Positions 8,850 to 17,159 of a stretch of DNA of 20,210 nt are shown piece after piece. This stretch comes from Candidatus Methylomirabilia bacterium. Lineage in GTDB: Bacteria; Methylomirabilota; Methylomirabilia; Rokubacteriales; CSP1-6. The stretch is from assembly GCA_041497895.1 (NCBI GenBank), contig JBGQHJ010000091.1:1-20210 (forward strand). Reading direction: 5' to 3'. A program made the translations under genes and the position numbers. Each line of letters starts with the position of its first letter. Positions within the stretch are counted from its first letter, which is position 1. The notes beneath the pieces were generated by a model. That model made no database searches, had not been told where the DNA came from, and saw only the letters and a list, made by a program, of their open reading frames with translations.

Positions 8850-9558
8850 TCCGCCGTCTCCCGCGCCCGGCTCGCCGTCCCCGGTGGTCGTGCTCATCGA
8901 GGACGAGCCGCAGATCCGCCGCTTCCTCCGAGCCACCCTCGGCAGCAACGGCTATCGCCTGTACGAGGCCACCTCCGGTGAGGACGGTCTGATCGAGGCG
9001 GCGACGCGCCAGCCGGACGTGGTCATCCTGGACCTGGGCCTGCCCGACGTCGACGGGCTCCAGGTGATCCGGCGGCTGCGGGAATGGAGCAAGGTCCCGA
9101 TCATCGTGCTCTCGGCCCGCGGACAGGAAGGCGACAAGGTGGCCGCCCTGGACGCGGGAGCCGACGACTACGTGGGCAAGCCGTTCGCGGTCGGCGAGCT
9201 CCTGGCCCGGCTACGGGTTGCCCTGCGCCATGCCGCCGCCGGGGAATCCGGCGAGCCCATCTTCACGGTGGCCGGGCTCCGGGTCGATCAGGTCAAGCGA
9301 CTGGTCCAGATCGATGGCCACGATGTCCATCTGACCCCGATCGAGTACCGCCTGCTGACCACCCTGGTGCGGCACGCGGGGCGGGTGCTGAGCCAGCGGC
9401 AGCTATTAAAGGAGGTGTGGGGCCCGGCCCAGACGGAGCAGGCCCACTATCTCCGTGTTTACATGGGGACTCTGAGACGGAAGCTCGAGCGGGATCCCGC
9501 CCGCCCCAGGTACCTCCTCACCGAGCCCGGCGTCGGCTATCGGCTCGCCGCCGAATAA
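8839..9558 (+). CDS. kdpE: Response regulator KdpE (OmpR family)
   Basis: IEDEPQIRRFL, ILDLGLPD, LDAGADDY, HLTPIEY, HYLRVYM, LLTEPGVGYR. ATG 8839 overlaps the end of kdpD. Confidence 0.96.
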   Translation: MTPDPPSPAPGSPSPVVVLIEDEPQIRRFLRATLGSNGYRLYEATSGEDGLIEAATRQPDVVILDLGLPDVDGLQVIRRLREWSKVPIIVLSARGQEGDKVAALDAGADDYVGKPFAVGELLARLRVALRHAAAGESGEPIFTVAGLRVDQVKRLVQIDGHDVHLTPIEYRLLTTLVRHAGRVLSQRQLLKEVWGPAQTEQAHYLRVYMGTLRRKLERDPARPRYLLTEPGVGYRLAAE

Positions 9559-9559
9559 C

Positions 9560-9589
9560 TTGACACGGGACGCGATGCTGTCTTAATGT
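9560..9589 (+). promoter_or_regulatory. Sigma70-type promoter TTGACA-N18-TAATGT
   Basis: Perfect -35 at 9560-9565 and a TAnnnT -10 at 9584-9589, in an AT-rich intergenic patch. Confidence 0.65.
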
Positions 9590-9610
9590 CTTAGTGTACT
9601 AGGACACTAA
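9579..9610. promoter_or_regulatory. Palindromic operator, probably bound by the downstream GntR
   Basis: Overlapping imperfect palindromes TGTCTTAGTGTACTAGGACA (9587-9606) and TTAGTGTACTAGGACACTAA (9591-9610), built from 8-bp units. A related site GTGTCCTAGGGACAC lies at 9648-9662. Confidence 0.7.
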
Positions 9611-9682
9611 TTGGCATTGCCCAGTACGAATCGGGACCCGGGACGAAGTGTCCTAGGGACACCTCAACGAGGAGGCACTGTG

Positions 9683-9901
9683 ATGAACCCGCAGATGGAA
9701 GAGCAGGTGGCCAGGCAGCGGCTGGACGAGGCCCGGGCCGAGGCGGCCCGGTGGGCCCTCCTCCGCGAGCTCCGGCGCGACCTCCGACCGGCGCGGCATC
9801 CGCTGCGCGTGGCGATCGGGTTTGCCCTGATCAAGGTCGGCCACTGGGTGGCCGGGCGGGCCCCCCGACGGGCGGGCCAGCCGCGGCGAGCCACCGCCTA
9901 G
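9683..9901 (+). CDS. Small basic hypothetical protein (72 aa)
   Basis: Strong GAGGAGG SD before ATG 9683; MNPQMEEQVARQRLDEARAEAARWALL...; first gene after the promoter and operator. Confidence 0.7.
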   Translation: MNPQMEEQVARQRLDEARAEAARWALLRELRRDLRPARHPLRVAIGFALIKVGHWVAGRAPRRAGQPRRATA

Positions 9902-9915
9902 GCAGGAGCCGGCAC

Positions 9916-10917
9916 GTGGCGCGGGAGTCCTCGCAGATCGTCCCGCCGTCGGGACTCCGGGTGAACCGGAAGAGCGCGGTTCCCGTCCACGTGCAGCTCC
10001 AGACCCAGGTCCGCCACCTCATCGACACCGGCGCCCTCAAGCCGGGCATGCAGCTGCCCACCGTGCGCCAGCTGGCGGGCTTCCTCCGCATCAACCGCAA
10101 CACGGTCGCCCGGGCCCTGGCCGACCTCTACCAGGACGGCTATCTCGAGAGCCACCAGGGGCGCGGCACGTTCGTGGCCGATCGCCCGCCGGCCCGCGAG
10201 GGACGGGCGGCCCGCAGCCTCGAGCGGCTCGTGCAGGACGCGCTGGAGCGGGCGCGCCGCCTCGGGTTCACCCACGAGGAGCTCGCCGCGACCATCGCGG
10301 CCAGCGCGCCCCCGGCGCGCGGCGCGCGGCGGGCGCGGGTGCGTGCGCTCCTGGTGGAGTGCAATCACGCCGAGCTCTCGCGCTACCGCGAGCAGCTCGA
10401 GGAGGAGCTGCCCCTCACGGTGGACCACCTGCTGGTCGAAGATCTCGAGACCCGCATGCGCGAGCCCGGCTTCCTCAAGGACTACCGGGTGGTGGTCACG
10501 ACCTTCTTCCACATCCACGAGGTCAAGCACGCGCTGCCGCTGGACGGCCCGCCCGCGGTGGCCCTGCTCTCGGAGTCGAACATCTCCTCCCTGCTGCGCC
10601 TGACCGAGCTGCCCGAGGGCACCAGCGTCGGGCTCATCTGCAACACCCCGCGCGGCAGCCAGAACATCCTGAGCTCCGTGCAATCGGCCGGGCTCTCGCA
10701 CGTGGTGCCGGTCCTGGCCTCGGCCGACGACCCGTGGTCCATCGACCGGATGCTCGAGAAGACGCGCATCGTGGTCTGCTCCGAGCAGGCCGCGGAACGC
10801 CTCGGCGAGCGCTTCCCGCCCGACGTCGAGGTGATCATGGCGTATCGGCGGCTCGACAACGGCGGGATCGAGATGCTGCGGGACCTCCTGGCCCAGGTGG
10901 AGGCCGAGCGGGCGTGA
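9916..10917 (+). CDS. GntR-family regulator with YtrA-like wHTH and long PlmA-like C-terminal domain
   Basis: GTG 9916 after AGGAG. PVHVQL...GALKPGMQLPTVRQLA..LRINRNTVARA...GRGTFV, followed by about 200 aa of alpha/beta domain (LLVECN, VVVTTFFH, LPEGTSVGLIC). Confidence 0.88.
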   Translation: MARESSQIVPPSGLRVNRKSAVPVHVQLQTQVRHLIDTGALKPGMQLPTVRQLAGFLRINRNTVARALADLYQDGYLESHQGRGTFVADRPPAREGRAARSLERLVQDALERARRLGFTHEELAATIAASAPPARGARRARVRALLVECNHAELSRYREQLEEELPLTVDHLLVEDLETRMREPGFLKDYRVVVTTFFHIHEVKHALPLDGPPAVALLSESNISSLLRLTELPEGTSVGLICNTPRGSQNILSSVQSAGLSHVVPVLASADDPWSIDRMLEKTRIVVCSEQAAERLGERFPPDVEVIMAYRRLDNGGIEMLRDLLAQVEAERA

Positions 10918-11330
10918 CCGCGGCCGACGCGATGACCCCGGGTCCGCTCACCGTGACCCCGCGCACGAGCGTGGCGGCGGCCCTGCGGCTGGCCCGCGAC
11001 AACGGCATCGGCCACCTGCCGGTGGTGGACCGTGGGCGCATCCTGGGCGTGGTGCGCCAGGAGCGGCTGCTGGCCCTGACGCCGTCCGAGGCGACCACGC
11101 TGTCGCGCCACGAGCAGCTCGACGCCCTGGCGCGCCTCACCGTCGAGCGCGCGGTCGAGCCGGCCCTCACCCTGCCCGCGGGCACCCCGCTGGCCGAGGC
11201 CGCGCGCCACCTGCTCGACCGCGCCGCCAACGGCGCCCTGGTGGTCGAGGGCGACCGGCTCGTCGGCATCCTCACCCACTCGGACCTCCTGAGGGCCCTG
11301 ATCCCGCGCGCGCCGGAGGCGGTGGCATAA
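10914..11330 (+). CDS. CBS-pair protein, AcuB-like
   Basis: GTGA overlap with the GntR stop. AMTPGPLTV...IGHLPVVD...PSEATTLSRHE...LVGILTHSDLLRAL; the PSxATxLSxxE linker is typical of AcuB-type CBS pairs. Confidence 0.85.
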   Translation: MTAADAMTPGPLTVTPRTSVAAALRLARDNGIGHLPVVDRGRILGVVRQERLLALTPSEATTLSRHEQLDALARLTVERAVEPALTLPAGTPLAEAARHLLDRAANGALVVEGDRLVGILTHSDLLRALIPRAPEAVA

Positions 11331-11965
11331 GCGCAGGGCCCGCGGTCTGCGTGTTCGACCTCGACCACACCCTGGTCGACTCCCCGCTCGACCTCAAGGC
11401 GGTGGGACGTGAGATGGAAGCCTTCCTGCGCGCCCACGGCGTCACGGTGCCCGAGCGGGAGCTACGCTGGTCGGGCGCCGAGCTGTTCGAGCTGGCCCGG
11501 CGCGAGGCCCTCCACCTGGAGTCCGAGCTGCTGGCGATCCCGGTGGCGCACGAGCGGCGGGCCATGGCCCAGGCGACGCTCATCCCGTTCGCGCGCGAGG
11601 CGGTCTCGGCCATGAAGGAACTCGGCTTCGCCACCGCGATCTGGACCAACAACGACCGCGTGGTCGCCGACTTCGTCCTGTCCCGCTTCGACCTGCTCCC
11701 CCACCTCGACCTCGTGGTGACGCGCGACGAGATGCGCCGGCTCAAGCCCGATCCGGACGGCCTGCGCGTGGTCCGCGAGCGATGGCCCGACGCCGCCCGC
11801 ATCGTGGTGGTCGGCGACTCGTGGGTGGACGGGCTCGCGGCGCAGGCGGCCGGCGTGCCCTTCATCGCCTACCGCCCCGACGTGGCCCAGATGGAGGAGC
11901 GCGGCGTGGTCATAGCCGCGCGGATCCACTCGCTGCTCGACCTGCCCGTCGCGCTGGCCCACTAG
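11327..11965 (+). CDS. HAD-superfamily hydrolase (phosphoglycolate phosphatase-like)
   Basis: Motifs FDLDHTLVDS, WTNN, KPDPDG and VVGDSWVD. Start placed at ATA 11327; the ORF-track start is GTG 11351. Confidence 0.85.
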   Translation: MSAGPAVCVFDLDHTLVDSPLDLKAVGREMEAFLRAHGVTVPERELRWSGAELFELARREALHLESELLAIPVAHERRAMAQATLIPFAREAVSAMKELGFATAIWTNNDRVVADFVLSRFDLLPHLDLVVTRDEMRRLKPDPDGLRVVRERWPDAARIVVVGDSWVDGLAAQAAGVPFIAYRPDVAQMEERGVVIAARIHSLLDLPVALAH

Positions 11966-11970
11966 CCCGT

Positions 11971-11976
11971 TATACT
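11971..11976 (+). promoter_or_regulatory. -10 element TATACT for a probable leaderless rarA transcript
   Basis: TATACT ends 6 nt before GTG 11983 and there is no SD. Confidence 0.55.
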
Positions 11977-11982
11977 GCGCGA

Positions 11983-13305
11983 GTGGACCTCTTCGATACG
12001 CCGCCCGCCGCCGCGCCCAAGGCTCCCGCGCCGCTCGCGGACCGCATGCGGCCGCGAAGCCTCGACGAGGTGGTCGGCCAGCCGCAGCTGACCGACCCGG
12101 GGCGGCCGCTGCGCCGCGCGCTCGAGCAGGGCGCGCTCCACTCGATGATCCTGTGGGGCCCGCCCGGCACCGGCAAGACCACGCTCGCGCGCCTGCTCGC
12201 CGACGTGGCGGGCGCCCGCTTCGTGCCGTTCTCGGCGGTGGTCTCGGGGGTCAAGGAGATCCGCCAGGTGATGACCGAGGCGGAGGCCGAGGGCATGCGT
12301 CTCGGTCGCCGCACCATCCTGTTCGTGGACGAGATCCACCGCTTCAACCGGGCCCAGCAGGACGCCTTCCTCCCCTACGTCGAGAAGGGCACCATCATCC
12401 TGGTCGGGGCCACCACCGAGAACCCGTCCTTCGAGGTCAACGGCGCGCTCCTCTCCCGCGCACGGGTCTACGTGCTGCGGCCGCTGGGCGAGGCCGAGAT
12501 CGTGACCATCCTCGAGCGCGCGCTCGCGGACGCCGAGCGCGGGCTGGGCGGCCTCGGCGCCACCGTCGAGCCGGAGGCGCTCGCCCTGATCGCGCGGCTC
12601 TCCGACGGCGACGCGCGCACCGCGCTCAACGTGCTCGAGCTCGCGGTGAGCGAGCCGGGCGCGCGCCTGACCCAGGCCGCAGTGCGCGAGGCCGCGCAGA
12701 AGAAGGCGCTGCTCTACGACAAGTCGGGCGAGCAGCACTACAACCTGATCTCCGCGCTCCACAAGTCACTGCGCGACTCCGACCCCGACGGCGCGCTCTA
12801 CTGGCTCGGCCGCATGCTCGAGGCGGGCGAGGATCCGCTCTACGTGGCGCGGCGCCTGGTGCGCTTCGCCTCGGAGGACGTGGGCAACGCGGACCCGGCC
12901 GCGCTGCGGCTCACCCTCGACGCCAAGGACGCGTACCACTTCCTGGGCACGCCCGAGGGGGAGCTGGCCCTCGCCCAGGCGACCTGCTATCTCGCGCTGG
13001 CCCCGAAGTCCAACGCGGTCTACGCGGCCTGGAACGCGGTGCACCGCGACATCGAGGAGCAACCGGCCGAGCCGGTGCCGCTGCACCTGCGCAACGCTCC
13101 GACCGGCCTCATGGGCAACCTGGGTTACGGCCGCGGCTACCAGTACGCCCACGACACGCCCGACGCCCAGGTGAGCCAGGAGCATCTGCCCGACGCCCTG
13201 CGGGGCCGCGTGTACTACCAGCCGACCGACCGCGGCGCCGAGAAGGAGATCGCGGCCCGCCTCGCCAAGTGGCGGGCGTGGCGGGACCAGCAGAAGCGCG
13301 CGTGA
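11983..13305 (+). CDS. rarA: Replication-associated recombination protein A (RarA/MgsA AAA+ ATPase)
   Basis: MDLF...PLADRMRP, WGPPGTGKTT, FVDEIHRFN, GATTENPSF, YDKSGEQHYNLISALHKS, ASEDVGNADP, VPLHLRNAPT. Confidence 0.96.
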   Translation: MDLFDTPPAAAPKAPAPLADRMRPRSLDEVVGQPQLTDPGRPLRRALEQGALHSMILWGPPGTGKTTLARLLADVAGARFVPFSAVVSGVKEIRQVMTEAEAEGMRLGRRTILFVDEIHRFNRAQQDAFLPYVEKGTIILVGATTENPSFEVNGALLSRARVYVLRPLGEAEIVTILERALADAERGLGGLGATVEPEALALIARLSDGDARTALNVLELAVSEPGARLTQAAVREAAQKKALLYDKSGEQHYNLISALHKSLRDSDPDGALYWLGRMLEAGEDPLYVARRLVRFASEDVGNADPAALRLTLDAKDAYHFLGTPEGELALAQATCYLALAPKSNAVYAAWNAVHRDIEEQPAEPVPLHLRNAPTGLMGNLGYGRGYQYAHDTPDAQVSQEHLPDALRGRVYYQPTDRGAEKEIAARLAKWRAWRDQQKRA

Positions 13306-13374
13306 GCGATCGGCTCGCGATCAGGCTCGAGGAGTTCTCCCCCCGAAAAACCGGGGTCTGATACAACTGAACCC

Positions 13375-14493
13375 ATGGCGGGAAAGCCCCGGAAGCTGCG
13401 GGTCGGCGTGGTGTTCGGTGGCCGCTCGGGCGAGCACGAGGTCTCTCTCGCCGGGGCCGCCTCGGTGATGGCGGCCATGGACCGGAGCCGCTTCGACCTG
13501 GTGCCGATCGGCATCGCCAAGGACGGCCGCTGGCTCATGGGCGGCGACCCGCTGCGCGCGCTCGCCCGGGAGGCCGCGCGCCAGGCCCTGACCGAGGGCG
13601 GCACGGACGCCTCCACCAAGCACGAGCTGCTCGAGCGCGCCTCGGCCCAGGACACCGGCAGCGCGCTCGTGCGCATGGAGACCACCGAGGGGCTGCCCCC
13701 GGGCCTGCGCGACCGGCTCGACGTCGTCCTGGTCCTCCTGCACGGCCCGCAGGGCGAGGACGGCACCATCCAGGGGCTGCTGCAGCTCGCCGGCGTCCCC
13801 TACACCGGCGCCGGCGTGCTGGCCTCCGCGGTCGGCATGGACAAGATCGCGATGAAGGATCTCTTCCGCGCCCACGATCTTCCGATCGTCGAGTACGCCA
13901 CGGTGCGGCGACACGACTGGGAGCGGGACCCCGGGCCGATCGCGCGCGGCATCGGCGCCGAGATCGGGTTCCCCTGCTTCGTCAAGCCGGCCAATCTGGG
14001 CTCGAGCGTGGGCATCAGCAAGGTGAAGGCCCCCGAGGATCTCGCCGCCGCCATCGACCTGGCCGCCCGCCACGACCGGCGCATCATCGTCGAGCGCGGG
14101 ATCCAGGGCCGCGAGGTGGAGGTGGCGGTGCTGGGCAACGACGATCCTCAAGTTTCGGTGCCCGGCGAGGTGACCTTCCCCGGGGAGTGGTACGACTACG
14201 ACACCAAGTACGGCGCCGGGCAGACCACGCTCAAGATCCCGGCCCCGCTGGCCCCGGACGTGACCGAGCAGGTGCGGGCGCTCGCCCTGCGGGCCTTCCA
14301 GGCCACCGACTGCGCGGGCATGGCCCGGGTCGACTTCTTCATCGAGAACGACCGCCGCGTGCTCGTGAACGAGATCAACACCATCCCCGGCTTCACCTCC
14401 ACCAGCGCGTACCCGCGGCTCTGGGAAGCCTCCGGCATCCCCTACCCCGAGCTGATCGCCCGCCTCATCGCCCTCGCCCTCGAGCGCCGCTGA
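13375..14493 (+). CDS. ddl: D-alanine--D-alanine ligase
   Basis: FGGRSGEHEVS, LHGPQGEDGTIQG, MDK, FVKPANLGSSVGISKV, YDYDTKY, NEINTIPGFT. Confidence 0.96.
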   Translation: MAGKPRKLRVGVVFGGRSGEHEVSLAGAASVMAAMDRSRFDLVPIGIAKDGRWLMGGDPLRALAREAARQALTEGGTDASTKHELLERASAQDTGSALVRMETTEGLPPGLRDRLDVVLVLLHGPQGEDGTIQGLLQLAGVPYTGAGVLASAVGMDKIAMKDLFRAHDLPIVEYATVRRHDWERDPGPIARGIGAEIGFPCFVKPANLGSSVGISKVKAPEDLAAAIDLAARHDRRIIVERGIQGREVEVAVLGNDDPQVSVPGEVTFPGEWYDYDTKYGAGQTTLKIPAPLAPDVTEQVRALALRAFQATDCAGMARVDFFIENDRRVLVNEINTIPGFTSTSAYPRLWEASGIPYPELIARLIALALERR

Positions 14494-14497
14494 TCGC

Positions 14498-15622
14498 GTG
14501 CTAGTCGTCATCGCCGGCGGAGGCACTGGCGGGCACACCAGCCCCGGCCTGGCCGTCGCGGCGCGGCTGCGCGAGGCCTCCGTTGACGTGCACTGGATCG
14601 GCAGCCGCGCCGGCATCGAGGCCCGCCGCGTGCCCGAGGCCGGCATCCCGTTCCACGCGATTCCGGTGGGCAAGCTGCGCCGCTACTGGGACTGGCAGAA
14701 CGTGCCCGACCTGGCGGTGCGGGCGCCGGCCGGCCTCGCCAAGTCCTGGCGGCTGCTGCGGCGGCTGCGGCCGGCGCTGCTCCTGGCCACCGGCGGCTTC
14801 GTGGCCCTGCCGCCCGCCCTCGCCGCCCGCGCGCTGCGCATCCCGGTGGTCGTCCACGAGCAGACCAGTGTGCCCGGCCTCGCCAACCGGGTCGCCGGCC
14901 GCTTCGCCCGGCGCATCGCGCTGACCTTCCCGCTGACCGGCGCGGAGCTGCCGAAGGAGCGCTCCGTCCTCACCGGCAATCCGCTCCGCCCGGAGCTCTC
15001 CGGCGGCACGCGCGCGGAGGCCTGCCGGCGCTTCGGCCTGGAAGACGCCGGGCCGATCGTCTACGTGACCGGCGGGGCGCTCGGCTCGCACCGGCTCAAT
15101 CGCGACGTGGGCGAGGCGCTCCCGCGGCTGCTGGAGCTCTGCCAGATCATCCACCAGTGCGGCGACAACAAGACCACCGGCGATCTCGGGTGGCTCGGCG
15201 ACCGCGCCCGCGCGCTGCCCGAGCGCCTGCGGCGTCGCTACGCGCTCCAGGCGTACGTGGGGGCCGAGCTGCGCGACGTCTACGCCGCCGTCGCCCTCGT
15301 CATCGGGCGCAGCGGCGCCGGCACCGTCAACGAGTGCTGCCAGCTCGGCCTGCCCGCCCTCTACGTGCCGCTGCCCGGGACGGGTGGAGACGAGCAGACC
15401 GCCAACGCGCGCCTCGTGGAGGCGGCGGGAGGCGCGGTGGTCTTCCCGCAGGTCTCGCTCACGCCTGGCGGGCTCGTGGAGGCCGTGGGGCGCCTCCTGG
15501 CGGACCCCGCGGCCCTCGCCGCGATGGGCGAGCGCGCCCGGAGCCTGGCGGTGCCCGACGCGGCCGATCGCATCGTCCGGCTGCTCTTCGAGGTCGTGGG
15601 AGCCGGTCCGCTCGATCGATGA
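14498..15622 (+). CDS. murG: MurG-family N-acetylglucosaminyl transferase
   Basis: GGGTGGH, GKLRRY, TGGFV, HEQ..VPGLANR, TGNPLR, TGGALGS, GRSGAGTV, EQTANA. Confidence 0.9.
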   Translation: MLVVIAGGGTGGHTSPGLAVAARLREASVDVHWIGSRAGIEARRVPEAGIPFHAIPVGKLRRYWDWQNVPDLAVRAPAGLAKSWRLLRRLRPALLLATGGFVALPPALAARALRIPVVVHEQTSVPGLANRVAGRFARRIALTFPLTGAELPKERSVLTGNPLRPELSGGTRAEACRRFGLEDAGPIVYVTGGALGSHRLNRDVGEALPRLLELCQIIHQCGDNKTTGDLGWLGDRARALPERLRRRYALQAYVGAELRDVYAAVALVIGRSGAGTVNECCQLGLPALYVPLPGTGGDEQTANARLVEAAGGAVVFPQVSLTPGGLVEAVGRLLADPAALAAMGERARSLAVPDAADRIVRLLFEVVGAGPLDR

Positions 15623-16566
15623 TCGCCTGGCTCGTGCTCCTGCAGACCTCGCTCACCATCGCGGTGGGCGGGCCGATCACCTCTCCCGAGTACCTTCCGC
15701 TCCACGTCGCCCAGGCGGAAGGCCACTTCGCGGCCCAGCAGCTCGCGGTCACCCTGCGGCCGATGCGCTCCGACGCGGGCGCGGCGGAGGCGCTCGCCCA
15801 GGGCCACGCGCAGCTCGCGGCCACCTCGCTCGACTCCGCGCTGAGGCTCGGCCACGTCGAGGGGGCGCCGCCGCGGCTCGTGTGGGGACTCACCGCCGCG
15901 GCGCCGGTGGCCTTGCTCGTCAATCCGGCGCGGGCCGAGTCCATCCGCTCCGCGGCCGATCTCGTCGGGCAGACCGTCGCGGTGCCCGCCCCCGGCACCG
16001 CCGAGGACCAGACGCTCGGCCTCCTGCTCGCCCGCGCCAACGTCCCGTTCAGCCGGGTCACGCTCCGCAGCCTGGGCGAGCGCGGGGCCGCCCGGGCGCT
16101 CGAGAGCGGCGAGGTCGCGGCGGCGGTGCTGGCCGAGCCTTACGTGAGCCGGCTCGTCGCGGAGGGCAAGGCCGCGGTGGCGATCGATCTGAGAACCGCC
16201 GCGGGCGCCGCCGCCGCGCTCGGCGGCCCGACCGTGAACGCGGCGCTCTTCGCGCGCGCCGGCACCGGGCCCGAGACGGCCACGCTCCGCGCGCTCGGCG
16301 CCGCGCTCCAGGCCGCGGTCGCCCGGGTGACCGGGAGCGAGCCGGCCGCGCTCGCGACCGTCCTGCCCGCCACGGTGGTCGGCTCGCCGGCGGACTTCGC
16401 CGCGCGCCTGCGGAGCGCCCGGGATCTCTTCCTGCCCGGCGGCCGGGTGAGCGTGGAGACCCTCGAGCGCAGCCTGGCGCTGGTGCGGGCGCGGGCACCG
16501 CTGCCCATCCAGGTGAAGGTCCCGAAGCGGGTCGAGCAGCTTCTCGTGGACCCGACGGGCGGCTAG
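15619..16566 (+). CDS. ABC transporter substrate-binding protein, SsuA/NMT1/THI5-like
   Basis: ATGA overlap with the murG stop. YLPLHVAQAEGHFAAQQLAV, IRSAADLVGQTVAV and ALESGEVAAAVLAEP are typical of this family. Confidence 0.75.
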   Translation: MIAWLVLLQTSLTIAVGGPITSPEYLPLHVAQAEGHFAAQQLAVTLRPMRSDAGAAEALAQGHAQLAATSLDSALRLGHVEGAPPRLVWGLTAAAPVALLVNPARAESIRSAADLVGQTVAVPAPGTAEDQTLGLLLARANVPFSRVTLRSLGERGAARALESGEVAAAVLAEPYVSRLVAEGKAAVAIDLRTAAGAAAALGGPTVNAALFARAGTGPETATLRALGAALQAAVARVTGSEPAALATVLPATVVGSPADFAARLRSARDLFLPGGRVSVETLERSLALVRARAPLPIQVKVPKRVEQLLVDPTGG

Positions 16567-17159
16567 AGGAGGCCCCGGCGGGCCAGCAGCGCGCGCGTGG
16601 TGGTGAGCGGCAGGCCCACCACGTTGGTGAAGCAGCCGTCGACCGCCTCCACCAGCCGGCCGCCCAGCCCTTGCACCGCGTAGCCGCCCGCCTTGTCGAG
16701 GGGCTCGCCGGTGGCGACGTAGGCGTCGATGTCGGCGTCGCCGTAGCGGCCCATCCGCACCCGGGTCGTCACCGAGGCGGTCTCCTGTCGCGGCTCCCCG
16801 CCCGACGGCCCGGTCTCGACGATCGCGAGGCCGGTGATCACCTCGTGCTCCCGCCCGCGGAGGTCCCGGAGCATGCGGGCCGCATCGGCGGCATCCCGCG
16901 GCTTGCCGAGGAGTCGCCCGTCCAGCACCACCTCGGTGTCGGCCCCCAGGACGACCGCCGGCCCCGCGGCCGGGTCGAGGGTCCTCGCCACCGCGAGGGC
17001 CTTGGCGAGGGCGACGGCGGCGATGGCGGCGGCCGGCGCGACGGCGGGATGGACCTCGGGGATATGGCTGGCGTGGATCTCGAACGGGATGCCCAGCTGC
17101 CCCAGCAGCTCCCGGCGCCGCGGGGAGGCGGAGGCCAGGATGAGGAGGGGCGGGCTCAG
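16563..17159 (-). CDS. maf: Maf-family nucleoside triphosphate pyrophosphatase (YhdE type)
   Basis: LILASASPRRRELL, GADTEV, LGKP, PLDKAGGYAVQG, NVVGLP; R/T/Q residues of the YhdE subtype. Start placed at CTG 17159. Confidence 0.9.
   Translation of the reverse strand: MSPPLLILASASPRRRELLGQLGIPFEIHASHIPEVHPAVAPAAAIAAVALAKALAVARTLDPAAGPAVVLGADTEVVLDGRLLGKPRDAADAARMLRDLRGREHEVITGLAIVETGPSGGEPRQETASVTTRVRMGRYGDADIDAYVATGEPLDKAGGYAVQGLGGRLVEAVDGCFTNVVGLPLTTTRALLARRGLL

Noticed and set aside
13341..13356. CCCCG-AAAAAC-CGGGG hairpin as a rarA terminator
   Set aside because: Only a 5-bp stem and no U-tract.
14188..14211. Ddl as a Van-type D-Ala-D-Lac ligase
   Set aside because: The omega loop YDYDTKY retains the Tyr of D-Ala-D-Ala ligases, and no van genes are adjacent.
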